From NCBI GenBank assembly GCA_964416445.1, contig CAYQEE010000001.1:1-63811 (forward strand): a DNA stretch of 63,811 nucleotides. Reading direction: 5' to 3'. Positions within the stretch are counted from its first letter, which is position 1, and each line of letters starts with the position of its first letter. Of the stretch, positions 1 to 8,837 are shown piece after piece. Below the pieces are notes generated by a model. It worked only from the letters and a program-made list of their open reading frames with translations, ran no database searches and was not told the origin of the DNA. The translations under genes and the position numbers were made by a program. The stretch comes from an uncultured Gammaproteobacteria bacterium (GTDB lineage: Bacteria; Patescibacteriota; Microgenomatia; Levybacterales; UBA12049).

Positions 1-3000
1 TTATCCTAAGTCCTCTCAATGGTAATGGATATGTTGGCATTGGAACAACAACGCCGACACGTTCACTAGATGTCGTTGGAAATGTTACTGAAAATACGAA
101 TGGAACTGCATCACAGCTCAGTCTCAGGGGTACAGGTAGTTCAGCACAAAAACTGAATATTGGCTATGATACAACAAGCAACTTAGGGTTTCTTGAAGCA
201 GTCAATGAAAATGTTGCCTGGCAAAGTATTGTTCTTCAACCGCGAGGAGGAAATGTGGGAATCGGAACAAACATGGTAGCCCCGGTAGCCCTTTTGGACA
301 TTCAACAAAAAAATAATACCAATAATGGTGGTATTCGTATCGTTGATACTGGACAAAATGTTGGTTTAAGACTCTATTCAGATGGTACAAACGGAAGAAT
401 TGCTGCGTGTGGAGGCGAAACCTGTCCAATTGACCTCAATGGGGCAAGCACAGGTGGTGGAGGTGTAGGAGTACAAACAACAAGTATTGGAAATGGAGCA
501 TTTGTTGTCAATCAACCTTGGACTTCTGGGGATATTTTCTCTGCTTCTTCATCAGGAAATCCAAAATTTGTGATAAGTAACAATGGTAATGTAGGAATAG
601 GTACGACAAACCTAACAAACACATTGACCACAAATGGAACATTTCTTGCGCTTGGTCATGGCTCATTTGGATCGGGATCATCAGTAAATCAAACTGATAT
701 TTTTGGTAATACTTTAAATTCAACACTGAATTTACAAGAAACGCTTACTTCGTTAAACAATAGTACAATTCACTCAAACTTAGAACAAGTATTACAATTA
801 AACCCGGCAGCAAATAGTAGTGATTTAATTTATGGGAGAAGTAATTCAGTTTCTCTTATTACTGGAGCAACAAAAACACTCAATACCGTTTGGAGTGGAT
901 ATGATCAATTTTATAATCAGAGTGCAAAGAATGTGAACACCTCTTATGGAGAACAAGCACGAAGTGAGAATAGAAGTACCGGATCGATTACTAATGCTTA
1001 TGGAGTTTACGGTGAAGTTGAAAACTCTGGCAATGGTGCAGGAAATATTGGGACAGCCTATGGAGGATATTTCAGAACTGAACAAACAGGAACCGGAACA
1101 ATTGGAACAGGGTATGGTGTGTATATTGATAGTGCGAATAATAGCGGGCATTTCAACAACAATTATGGTTTGTATATTAATGATCAAACAGGTGTCGGTT
1201 CGATCAGTAGCTATATGATGTACTTAGCTCCCGGTACTGGTACCTTAACAACAGGAACAAACAAATCCTATATCGGAGGTCTATTAAGTGTAGGATCAAA
1301 TCTTACGCCAACTTCAAAATTCACTGTTGCGAACAACGGACAATCGCCACTTGGTAAAGCGTTAGTAACGCTTGATCAATACGAAAACCAAGATCTGTTA
1401 ACTGCATCATTTTCAGGAACGACGAAGTTTACTATTGGAAACACTGGCGCGCTTACCGATGCAAATTACACTACCTCAGGAGGTATTTTGTATGGAACAA
1501 CCACAGGACTCTTGCAACAAACAGCAGCAGGAACAGGAACACAATGCTTAACAGGAGGAGCAACACCTTCTTGGACAACCTGTTCAACTGCTGCATCAAA
1601 CTATTGGCAATTAAATAGTGGTGTTTTGTCTCCTGCCTATACACCAAATGATTTAGCAATTGGTGGGACTGCAACAAGTTCTGCTTTGTTTCAAGTATCA
1701 GCCCTTTCAGGTACAGCAACAACTTCAGGCAACTTAACCTTTACCAATGCTTCAGCAACGATTGGCACAGCAGTGAAAGGACAATGGACACTAGGCAGTA
1801 ATATCTATACCTATAGAAGACAAATTACTGTCACAAACAATAGTGCCTCAACGCTTTCAATTCTGACTCAAGTGACGCTTTCTCCAACAGGAGCAGCACT
1901 ATTTGATATTTGTAACAATACGCAATCAAACAATAATGATTTACGAGTTTCTTTTGGTACTAACTCTGAAATATCTGAAAACATAACAAGAAGCTGTAAT
2001 ACTTCTTTGTCTATTAATTTTGAACTGCAAGCAGCAATTAGTGGCAATGGATCATCAAACAATTATTACCTTTATTATGGTAATACTAGCTTAGGTTCTG
2101 GTGGAACAACCTACAATTATGCCAATGTCCAAGTTGATTCTATGGATAATGAATCGGCTAATTGGACCAGTAATGATAATACTAACTTTGCTTTGTCACA
2201 ATCTACAACAACCAAAGAAGAAGGAACTGGCTCTATGCAAACAGTACTCGCAACACAGTCTGCAGGTATTGGGACATGGGCTACAACTGGACAAGCACAA
2301 GAACCTTCTGGAACAGGTAATCCTACTTCCGTAATAACATACACGCTCAATGGCACAAACTATATGTATTTGTTAGGCGGTGGAGGTGGCAATTCAAATG
2401 TCTATCGTGCACAACTTGATTCCAGTGGAAATATTGGCTCATGGTCAACATCAAACCAAAATGCCCCTGCCCAAGGCTTGGTACGAGCGGGGGTAGCTAC
2501 ATTAACTATTAGTGGGACAACCTATGTGTATTTAGCAGGAGGACTCACGGGGTGTTGTACAAATGTCTCAACAATCTATAAAGCACAGATTGATGGAAGT
2601 GGAAATATAGGTGCATGGTCTACGTCAGGGCAAGCACAACTTCCCAATACAACAAGCTATGCATCTCTCTATATACTAACTTATGGAGGAACTACCTACT
2701 TATATATTCTGCCTAATGTGGAAAGTGGTGGCGTCAGTAAAGCCGTCTATCGAGCCCAAATAGATTCTAATGGTAATATAGGTGCTATATCATCCACAGG
2801 ACAAGGACAAATGCTTTCAGGACTCAATCCACAATTTGAGACATTCCTCTATAACAGCGGTGGAACGAATTATCTCTATGCATTTGGCGGTTCAGGCGTA
2901 ACAAAGGTTGAGCGTGCCGCTATTGATACCAGTGGCAATGTCGGTAGCTGGTCAACTACTGGGCAGACAAGTCTCCCAACTGCCAATGCAGGGGGATCTG

Positions 3001-5840
3001 TCATAAATTATAACAATGCAGATGTCTTCCTTGTTGGGGGAACTACGGCAAGTGCTGTTTATCAAATCTCTCTTGATGCGAATGCAAACATAACCGGATT
3101 TTCAACGACAGGCCAAGGTCAACTTGTCTCAAATCAGTCACTACTTGCGACTGCGCAAGAAACAATTAGTAATACAACGTATGTTTATGCGTTAGGCCAA
3201 AATGGCGCATTAACAGTTGAAAAGGCAATTTTAATTGCGCCAACATTTACCGCATCCCGAAGTATTACCTCAACGAACTGGTCACAAAGAGGAGGCGTGC
3301 AATTTGATGTGTATTCTTCGAGAACTGGTAGTTACATGGAATTTGATTTAAGTAATGATGGCGGAACTACTTGGCAATCGTATCCATTCACAGTCAATTC
3401 TGCGAATACCTGGCAAACAGTCACAGCAGATATTACCGGTCTTTCTTCAGGTCAACGAAATACCGTTCAAAATGTTCGATTTAAAGTGAATGATTCTTCA
3501 ACAGGCTTTACAGCATACTTTGATGATATTGAATCTTTGGTTTCACCATTTACCGGAACTTCCCCTACGGTGACGAATGGAGCTGCTACATATGGAAGTA
3601 GCAACTTGGCCATTAACGCTCAAGGAACTGGAGCCGTAAATATTAATTATGATGCCAATCTTTCCCAAGCAGGAACAGGAGGATTGAACTTATATAACGG
3701 TGCAACGACCAGTATTTTTAGTGTTGATGGGAGTGGCAACGCATCAGCATCAGGATCATTAACTCTCAATGGAGTGAATGGAGCAAACTTTAATTTACTC
3801 AATGGGAATGGATTAACGATTCAAACTTCAACGGGTGGAAATGGTGGTCTTACTCCTCGATTTACCTTTGGAAATAGTGGTAACCTTGGTATAGGAACGC
3901 AAACACCTCTTTCTACATTTGACGCAAGAGCGCTCAGTTATACAACCCCCGTTGCGAGTATTTCAGGGAGCAGCGGGTTTGCAACCCTCATTCTCGATCA
4001 ATCCGCAGGAGCGAACGGGGGCGATATTTTTGCCGCATCTTCTTCAGGCATGAATCGGTTTGTCATTTCTCAGGCGGGAAATGTAGGGGTTGATACTACA
4101 ACTCCATCTTTTTTTGGTACTGGCAGAGGAATTGATATTGCAGGTGCATCAAATCTATCTGCTCAGTTAGTACTTGATTCGACAGCAAACGGAGGTAAGT
4201 CGTGGGCGTGGGTATCTGATGGAAACAGTGTATTATATCCACGGGATATCACTGATGGAACCAGGCCAATAACACTAGCCTCAAGCGGATTAGGAGTAAA
4301 TACAGGAAATACATTATTAGCATCGTTAGACGTACGTTCAAACTTAATTACACAACCTGCGGCTTCTATTTCCGGATCAACTGGCATTGCATCGTTAGTT
4401 TTGGATCAATCAGGAGTTGGTGATATCTTTACTGCCTCAACCAGTGGATTAACACGGGAGAGAATCGATAACAGTGGGAACTTGAGTGTGTTTGGAGCAT
4501 CGTTGTGTGTCAAAAGTAGTAATGCAGCATGTAGTGGATCGACACCTGGTACTATTTATGCTTCAAATACCACCGTGCAATCAGGAGATTTAGCAGAACA
4601 GTATGTTTCTTCCCAAAGCTTGGAACCAGGAGATGTCGTTATGCCAGAAGGGTTAGGGAACAACGTAGCAGTGGTCAAGACAACAAATAGTTATCAGTCT
4701 CAAACGATAGGAATAGTGTCAACCAATCCGGGAGTAACCCTTAATTCAGATGCAAAAACAGATGCTTCTCATCCAACTATCTATCCTATTGCTCTGCAAG
4801 GAAGAGTACCGGTCAAGGTAAGTTCAGTGAATGGAGCCATTCACACAGGAGATTTTCTCACTACCTCTTCCATTCCCGGAGTAGCTCAAAAAGCAACGAA
4901 AGAAGGAGTGGTGATTGGAAAAGCACTTGAAGACTATACCAATTCTGATAGTTCTTCTGTTGGGAAGATTATGGTCTTTACCAACATTTCGTTTGCTGAT
5001 CCAACACTTGCAATCACCGCAGATGGGAACATTACCTCCTCCCAAACCAATACTATTGGTACTGTCAATTCTGTTTCTCAAACAGGAACAAATCTCTCTG
5101 CTTTGTCAACTGTACCAAGCTCTATTACTCCTGATTACACTTCTCAAATTACTACGCTTTCATCAACTGTTGCAACGCTTCAAAGTTCTGTTGCCTCCAT
5201 CACTGCACAACTTACCAAAGTGCAAAATAGTAATGATCTTGAAACCAGAATGACAAACCTTGAGAAACAAGTGTCTCTGCTTACGGGTATCTCCTCAGTT
5301 GGTTCCCAATCAGCAAGTGTTTTAGGAACAATAACACCTGATGCAACCATTTCAGGAAATTTCACTGTTGCAGGGAAAACACTGCTTTCTGATCTCTCAG
5401 TAACGGGAAAAGTATCCAATGGTTTGGTAACCATTAATGGACTGGATAGTACAGGCAATGCCTCAATCAATACTCTCTCTGGTCCTCTCAAACTGCAGTC
5501 TGATGGGATCAATGGTATTGATTTAGAAAATGGAAAAGTAACCATTGATTCTCAGGGTAATATGACTATCCAAGGAGAAGTAACGGTGAAAAAACTCAAT
5601 ATTGATACCTCAAATTCCCAATCAGCATCAGTTGGAGAAGGAATTATTCCTGCAGGAAAAACACAAGTTACTATAAACACTGCTGCGGTGACAGCTAGCT
5701 CAAGCATCTTTGTAACTTCTGAGACCTTGATTGATTTGCCACTAAACGTCACAAAAAAGGTACCTGGGACATCGTTCATTGTCGAGATTGCACACCCACT
5801 GACAAAAGACACTGTATTTCACTGGTGGATCATTAACTGA
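1..5840 (+). CDS. Giant secreted fibre/adhesin-like surface protein, 5' end cut by window edge (>1940 aa)
   Basis: Frame 3 is open from nt 3 to the GTG at 255 used by the ORF track, so the gene continues upstream of the window. Repeated GN(V/L)GIGT..P..LDV collar motifs as in phage tail-fibre-like proteins; YG(V/G/L)Y repeats (nt ~990-1190); YRRQITV.. DUF2341-like segment (nt ~1800-2090); Kelch-like blades (2260-3245); duplicated SISGS.G.A.L.LDQS..GDIF.AS.SG module (nt ~3950-4450); GDLAEQY..GDVV motif (nt ~4585-4650); C-terminal coiled coil (nt ~5150-5290). Confidence 0.9.
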   Translation, partial: ILSPLNGNGYVGIGTTTPTRSLDVVGNVTENTNGTASQLSLRGTGSSAQKLNIGYDTTSNLGFLEAVNENVAWQSIVLQPRGGNVGIGTNMVAPVALLDIQQKNNTNNGGIRIVDTGQNVGLRLYSDGTNGRIAACGGETCPIDLNGASTGGGGVGVQTTSIGNGAFVVNQPWTSGDIFSASSSGNPKFVISNNGNVGIGTTNLTNTLTTNGTFLALGHGSFGSGSSVNQTDIFGNTLNSTLNLQETLTSLNNSTIHSNLEQVLQLNPAANSSDLIYGRSNSVSLITGATKTLNTVWSGYDQFYNQSAKNVNTSYGEQARSENRSTGSITNAYGVYGEVENSGNGAGNIGTAYGGYFRTEQTGTGTIGTGYGVYIDSANNSGHFNNNYGLYINDQTGVGSISSYMMYLAPGTGTLTTGTNKSYIGGLLSVGSNLTPTSKFTVANNGQSPLGKALVTLDQYENQDLLTASFSGTTKFTIGNTGALTDANYTTSGGILYGTTTGLLQQTAAGTGTQCLTGGATPSWTTCSTAASNYWQLNSGVLSPAYTPNDLAIGGTATSSALFQVSALSGTATTSGNLTFTNASATIGTAVKGQWTLGSNIYTYRRQITVTNNSASTLSILTQVTLSPTGAALFDICNNTQSNNNDLRVSFGTNSEISENITRSCNTSLSINFELQAAISGNGSSNNYYLYYGNTSLGSGGTTYNYANVQVDSMDNESANWTSNDNTNFALSQSTTTKEEGTGSMQTVLATQSAGIGTWATTGQAQEPSGTGNPTSVITYTLNGTNYMYLLGGGGGNSNVYRAQLDSSGNIGSWSTSNQNAPAQGLVRAGVATLTISGTTYVYLAGGLTGCCTNVSTIYKAQIDGSGNIGAWSTSGQAQLPNTTSYASLYILTYGGTTYLYILPNVESGGVSKAVYRAQIDSNGNIGAISSTGQGQMLSGLNPQFETFLYNSGGTNYLYAFGGSGVTKVERAAIDTSGNVGSWSTTGQTSLPTANAGGSVINYNNADVFLVGGTTASAVYQISLDANANITGFSTTGQGQLVSNQSLLATAQETISNTTYVYALGQNGALTVEKAILIAPTFTASRSITSTNWSQRGGVQFDVYSSRTGSYMEFDLSNDGGTTWQSYPFTVNSANTWQTVTADITGLSSGQRNTVQNVRFKVNDSSTGFTAYFDDIESLVSPFTGTSPTVTNGAATYGSSNLAINAQGTGAVNINYDANLSQAGTGGLNLYNGATTSIFSVDGSGNASASGSLTLNGVNGANFNLLNGNGLTIQTSTGGNGGLTPRFTFGNSGNLGIGTQTPLSTFDARALSYTTPVASISGSSGFATLILDQSAGANGGDIFAASSSGMNRFVISQAGNVGVDTTTPSFFGTGRGIDIAGASNLSAQLVLDSTANGGKSWAWVSDGNSVLYPRDITDGTRPITLASSGLGVNTGNTLLASLDVRSNLITQPAASISGSTGIASLVLDQSGVGDIFTASTSGLTRERIDNSGNLSVFGASLCVKSSNAACSGSTPGTIYASNTTVQSGDLAEQYVSSQSLEPGDVVMPEGLGNNVAVVKTTNSYQSQTIGIVSTNPGVTLNSDAKTDASHPTIYPIALQGRVPVKVSSVNGAIHTGDFLTTSSIPGVAQKATKEGVVIGKALEDYTNSDSSSVGKIMVFTNISFADPTLAITADGNITSSQTNTIGTVNSVSQTGTNLSALSTVPSSITPDYTSQITTLSSTVATLQSSVASITAQLTKVQNSNDLETRMTNLEKQVSLLTGISSVGSQSASVLGTITPDATISGNFTVAGKTLLSDLSVTGKVSNGLVTINGLDSTGNASINTLSGPLKLQSDGINGIDLENGKVTIDSQGNMTIQGEVTVKKLNIDTSNSQSASVGEGIIPAGKTQVTINTAAVTASSSIFVTSETLIDLPLNVTKKVPGTSFIVEIAHPLTKDTVFHWWIIN
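2260..3245 (+). repeat. Five to six Kelch-like beta-propeller blades (protein-level tandem repeat) inside the giant protein
   Basis: Recurring unit of ~50-60 aa: (T)Y(V/L/M)Y..GG....(V)Y(R/K)AQ(I/L)D.SGN(I/V)G.WS(T)(S/T)GQ.QLP, e.g. VYRAQLDSSGNIGSWSTSNQ, IYKAQIDGSGNIGAWSTSGQAQLP, VYRAQIDSNGNIGAISSTGQGQM, VERAAIDTSGNVGSWSTTGQTSLP, VYQISLDANANITGFSTTGQGQL. Confidence 0.7.
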
Positions 5841-5891
5841 GAAAAATGCTTATATAGAACGATTTAATTCACTTGGTAAACAAGGTTATCT

Positions 5892-7427
5892 ATGATTTCT
5901 GTTTTTTATACAAAACGCATTATCTTCTATGCAATTTCTTTTTTTACCTTGAGTTATATACTGTTGTCTTTTCCACAAAAAGCAGCAGCAGCAACATTAT
6001 CAGTAAAAGTGGTCGCGAATCAATTAGTGAATGGACAAGGCCAAGCAGTTCATTTAATCGGTGTTGATGTGGTTGCCAATGCACCCTGTCGGATTGTTCC
6101 TCCATCTACCAGTCAAGCAGCAGCAGCAATTGCCAGTTGGCATGCAAATGCAGTCAGAATAACACTAAATGAAGATTGTTGGCTTAATATCAATAATATC
6201 AGTACTGCTGCAGGTACCTCGTATCAACAGGCTATTAGTAATTTCGTTAATATTTTACACGGTTATGGTTTGTATGCGATTCTTGATTTACATAATGCAT
6301 CAGCAGGAACACAACAATCAACAATCAACAACATTATGGCAGATGCAGACCACGGACCTACATTTTGGCAATCAGTAGCAATGACATTTAAGAATGATCC
6401 TGCTGTGATCTTTGATCTAGTCAATGAGCCGCATATTACCTCTTCGGATACTGCTAATCCGTGGCAATGTTGGCGTGATGGTTGTCTGATTGATGGGTCA
6501 TGGCAAGCGGCTGGGATGCAAAGTTTGTTGACAGCAGTAAGATCCACAGGAGCAACAAACGTGATTATGCTCGGAGGATTACGGTTCGCCAATGACTTGT
6601 CGGGGTGGATGCAGTATAAACCAACGGATCCGCTGAATCAACTGAGCGCATCCTTTCATATGTACGGACAAAGTGATACGAAAAATGAAGGATGCGATAC
6701 AAACTGTTGGAATAGTACCATTGCACAAATTGCGCAACAATTTCCAGTCATCACTGGCGAAATTGGTGATAAGGATTGTCCTATAACAACTTCTACCCCA
6801 AACCCGTATATTACCCAATACATGACGTGGGCTGATCAGCACAACATCTCCTATCTTGCCTGGTGGTGGCAAGCACAATCGCCATATACCTGCAGAGATC
6901 CTCTTAGTTTGATTACCGATTGGAGTGGGAAAACCTCTTCCTACGGACAAATTATACAGAATCACTTCTTAAGTGTGCATCCTGTTGGATCGAGCACACA
7001 ACAGGCTTCACCACTGCCAACTGCAGGAAACAGTAGAATAACCAATATTCCCACTGAATCAACTCAAACCCTTCCCAGTCCTCCAGCAGGATGTTACTAC
7101 ACCTATCAGCAGCCTACTAAATTTTTTATACGGATATGGACATTTATTGTCCAAGTCCTCTGTAAGCTCGGGTTTCACTCATTGTGTCCACAACCTATAC
7201 TTATGTGTCCGCAACAGTCAAGTGCACCTATACCTCCTTTTATTCCTTCAATAACCAGCACACCGACGCCAAATAAACAATCATATATATTACCAGCTTG
7301 CCAGCAACTTGGTGGATATTGTTCTGCACGTATTGTAAATGGACAACTCTGCGCTACTGGAAGACATGTTACCTCTCAAGCAACATGTCCACTAAACTTC
7401 CATTGTTGTATTCTCGATAGTCAGTAG
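5892..7427 (+). CDS. Secreted glycoside hydrolase family 5 (cellulase/endoglucanase-like) with S/T/P-rich linker and Cys-rich C-terminal tail
   Basis: N-terminal signal/anchor (FYAISFFTLSYILLSFPQKAAA); GH5 acid/base motif DLVNEPH (GAG at 6426-6428) and nucleophile motif VITGEIG (GAA at 6759-6761), both in frame; C-terminal ~140 aa rich in P/S/T and containing 12 Cys. Confidence 0.85.
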   Translation: MISVFYTKRIIFYAISFFTLSYILLSFPQKAAAATLSVKVVANQLVNGQGQAVHLIGVDVVANAPCRIVPPSTSQAAAAIASWHANAVRITLNEDCWLNINNISTAAGTSYQQAISNFVNILHGYGLYAILDLHNASAGTQQSTINNIMADADHGPTFWQSVAMTFKNDPAVIFDLVNEPHITSSDTANPWQCWRDGCLIDGSWQAAGMQSLLTAVRSTGATNVIMLGGLRFANDLSGWMQYKPTDPLNQLSASFHMYGQSDTKNEGCDTNCWNSTIAQIAQQFPVITGEIGDKDCPITTSTPNPYITQYMTWADQHNISYLAWWWQAQSPYTCRDPLSLITDWSGKTSSYGQIIQNHFLSVHPVGSSTQQASPLPTAGNSRITNIPTESTQTLPSPPAGCYYTYQQPTKFFIRIWTFIVQVLCKLGFHSLCPQPILMCPQQSSAPIPPFIPSITSTPTPNKQSYILPACQQLGGYCSARIVNGQLCATGRHVTSQATCPLNFHCCILDSQ

Positions 7428-7679
7428 AAAAAAGCTAATAAATTATTTTTTATACAAAAAACTGGTAAAAAACGCTAACATATGTCTCATCATCTAATGA
7501 ATGATGTGTAGGTCCTTGAGAAGAGGAGAAATACTACTTTACTCGCTATACAGCCTTACAAATCAGTTTTTTTATTCTTGAAATATAAAGGGATAGAACA
7601 AACAAAAATTAAGCAGCTCGAACCTAATATTAGCTTGCAAAATCAAGCTAATCTTGAACTTTTTGTAAAAAGTTGCATT

Positions 7680-7756
7680 TGGTACCGCCAGCGGGAGTCG
7701 AACCCGCGATCTTCACGTTGAGAACGTGACGTCCTAGGCCACTAGACGATGGCGGC
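7680..7756 (-). tRNA. tRNA-Glu (anticodon CUC), CCA encoded
   Basis: Hand-folded cloverleaf on minus strand: acceptor GCCGCCA/TGGCGGT, U8, D-arm GTCT-AGTGGCCTA-GGAC, anticodon stem TCACG/CGTGA with loop TTCTCAA (CTC at 34-36), variable loop AGATC, T-arm GCGGG-TTCGACT-CCCGC, discriminator A, then CCA; 77 nt. The D-arm TCGTCTAGTGGCCTAGGAC is typical of tRNA-Glu. Confidence 0.9.
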
Positions 7757-7777
7757 ATAACTTCTAATTTTCATTTG

Positions 7778-7786
7778 ATTATAGCA
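7778..7786 (-). promoter_or_regulatory. Extended -10 promoter (TGCTATAAT on minus strand) for tRNA-Glu
   Basis: Reverse complement of 7778-7786 is TGCTATAAT; 21 nt separate it from the tRNA 5' end, which implies a short leader for RNase P processing. Confidence 0.45.
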
Positions 7787-7829
7787 GAATCTCAATATAA
7801 ATAGATATAAAAAGAAGGTTAAAAGATAT

Positions 7830-8837
7830 TTATTTATTCTTTACGTTTATTACTGAATAGGAAGAATTGGCTGAAATGCCAGAACCTATGGTAATTGGTG
7901 TCATGTTTTTTAAGGTATTATTTTGTACCGTTGCGTGGTATAAACTGTAAGGAGAATTTCCATTCGCTTCAAGAAAGTAGATTTGATTTTGTGTAAATGA
8001 GAACATAGGGTAGGCAAATATTCCTGTTCCGAGTGAGTGAACATTGCTGATACTGTCATTGATAAAGTCTGCTATCAGAAGTGTAACATTACTTAAATCG
8101 GATGATCTACTTAAAAACATAATTTTTTTTCCATCTGGCGAAAACGATGCTTGATATGCGTTTTGATTTTCCGTGGTTAACGAGGTTGTTTTGTGATTTT
8201 GTGTATCATATTCTACAATAGCAGAATAAGGAATGAGTGTTTGTGCATCATATTGATAATAATCGTAAAGAATGATATTTGGTTCAGATGGATGCCAAAT
8301 GGGGTGCGTAATACCTCCTGAATAGGGATCAGGGCTTGCAATAAGTGAAACGTTACCAGTAAGTAGATTTTGTTCGAATAGTGCGTTGTCAGGAATATTA
8401 GTTTTTATTCTGTCGCGGTCTGAAACAAAGGCAACAGATTTATTAAGCGTACTTACAGCTGGATCTGTATACCATGTCATAGTATCAATAGTATCTGAAT
8501 TACCGCTTTGTAGGTCTTTTACTATTGCGCCTGATTGGTTTACTTCGACAATTGATGAATAATTTTTATTGTTATTGACTGCAAGGAATAGGGTTCCATA
8601 GACTTGTGGCTCTGATAATTTTTTCTTCTGAGTAACATGAGAAATAGTGCCTGTACCGAGAGTAAAAATATCACCTTGGCTTGCTAATACGATTTCATCA
8701 CTAACTGGAATAGTATTGGTTATATACGTTACTTGCGTTGAAGAGAGGGTATTTCCTTTTTGATAGTTATATGCAAAAGCATAACCAAGAATACTTGGAA
8801 TAATGGCAAAGAGAACAATAGTTCGTTTCTTAATCAT
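7830..8837 (-). CDS. Membrane-anchored TolB-like (PD40/WD40-like) beta-propeller protein
   Basis: N-terminal TM helix (IVLFAIIPSILGYAFA); PD40-type motifs such as ASFSPDGKKIMFLSRS and HPIWHPSEPNIILYD; ATGA start/stop overlap with the upstream LCP gene. Confidence 0.7.
   Translation of the reverse strand: MIKKRTIVLFAIIPSILGYAFAYNYQKGNTLSSTQVTYITNTIPVSDEIVLASQGDIFTLGTGTISHVTQKKKLSEPQVYGTLFLAVNNNKNYSSIVEVNQSGAIVKDLQSGNSDTIDTMTWYTDPAVSTLNKSVAFVSDRDRIKTNIPDNALFEQNLLTGNVSLIASPDPYSGGITHPIWHPSEPNIILYDYYQYDAQTLIPYSAIVEYDTQNHKTTSLTTENQNAYQASFSPDGKKIMFLSRSSDLSNVTLLIADFINDSISNVHSLGTGIFAYPMFSFTQNQIYFLEANGNSPYSLYHATVQNNTLKNMTPITIGSGISANSSYSVINVKNK

Noticed and set aside
245-257. GGAGGA-N-GTG at 245-257 as the true start of the giant protein (the start used by the ORF track)
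   Set aside because: The same frame is open without stops back to nt 3, and the upstream translation (ILSPLNGNGYVGIGTTTPTRSLDVVGN...) contains the same collar motif as the rest of the protein. The gene is truncated by the window edge.
202-5812. Many 60-140 aa ORFs on the opposite strand or in other frames inside the giant gene (e.g. 202-429, 846-1187, 946-1218, 4915-5253, 5180-5545, 5552-5812)
   Set aside because: All lie wholly inside a 5.8-kb ORF with clear domain structure. Their translations are low-complexity or odd in composition, with no start signals. They are shadow ORFs.
5873-6067. 64-aa alternative-frame ORF overlapping the GH5 start
   Set aside because: It is out of frame with the GH5 ORF, which has a proper signal peptide and catalytic motifs, and it has no independent support.
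7629-7674. Two A/T-rich hairpins just downstream of tRNA-Glu on the minus strand (ATTAGCTTG/CAAGCTAAT at 7629-7652; AACTTTTT/AAAAAGTT at 7657-7674) as terminators
   Set aside because: The stems are weak or the loop is too small (2 nt), and neither is followed by a proper U-tract on the tRNA strand. Possible, but not supportable as terminators.
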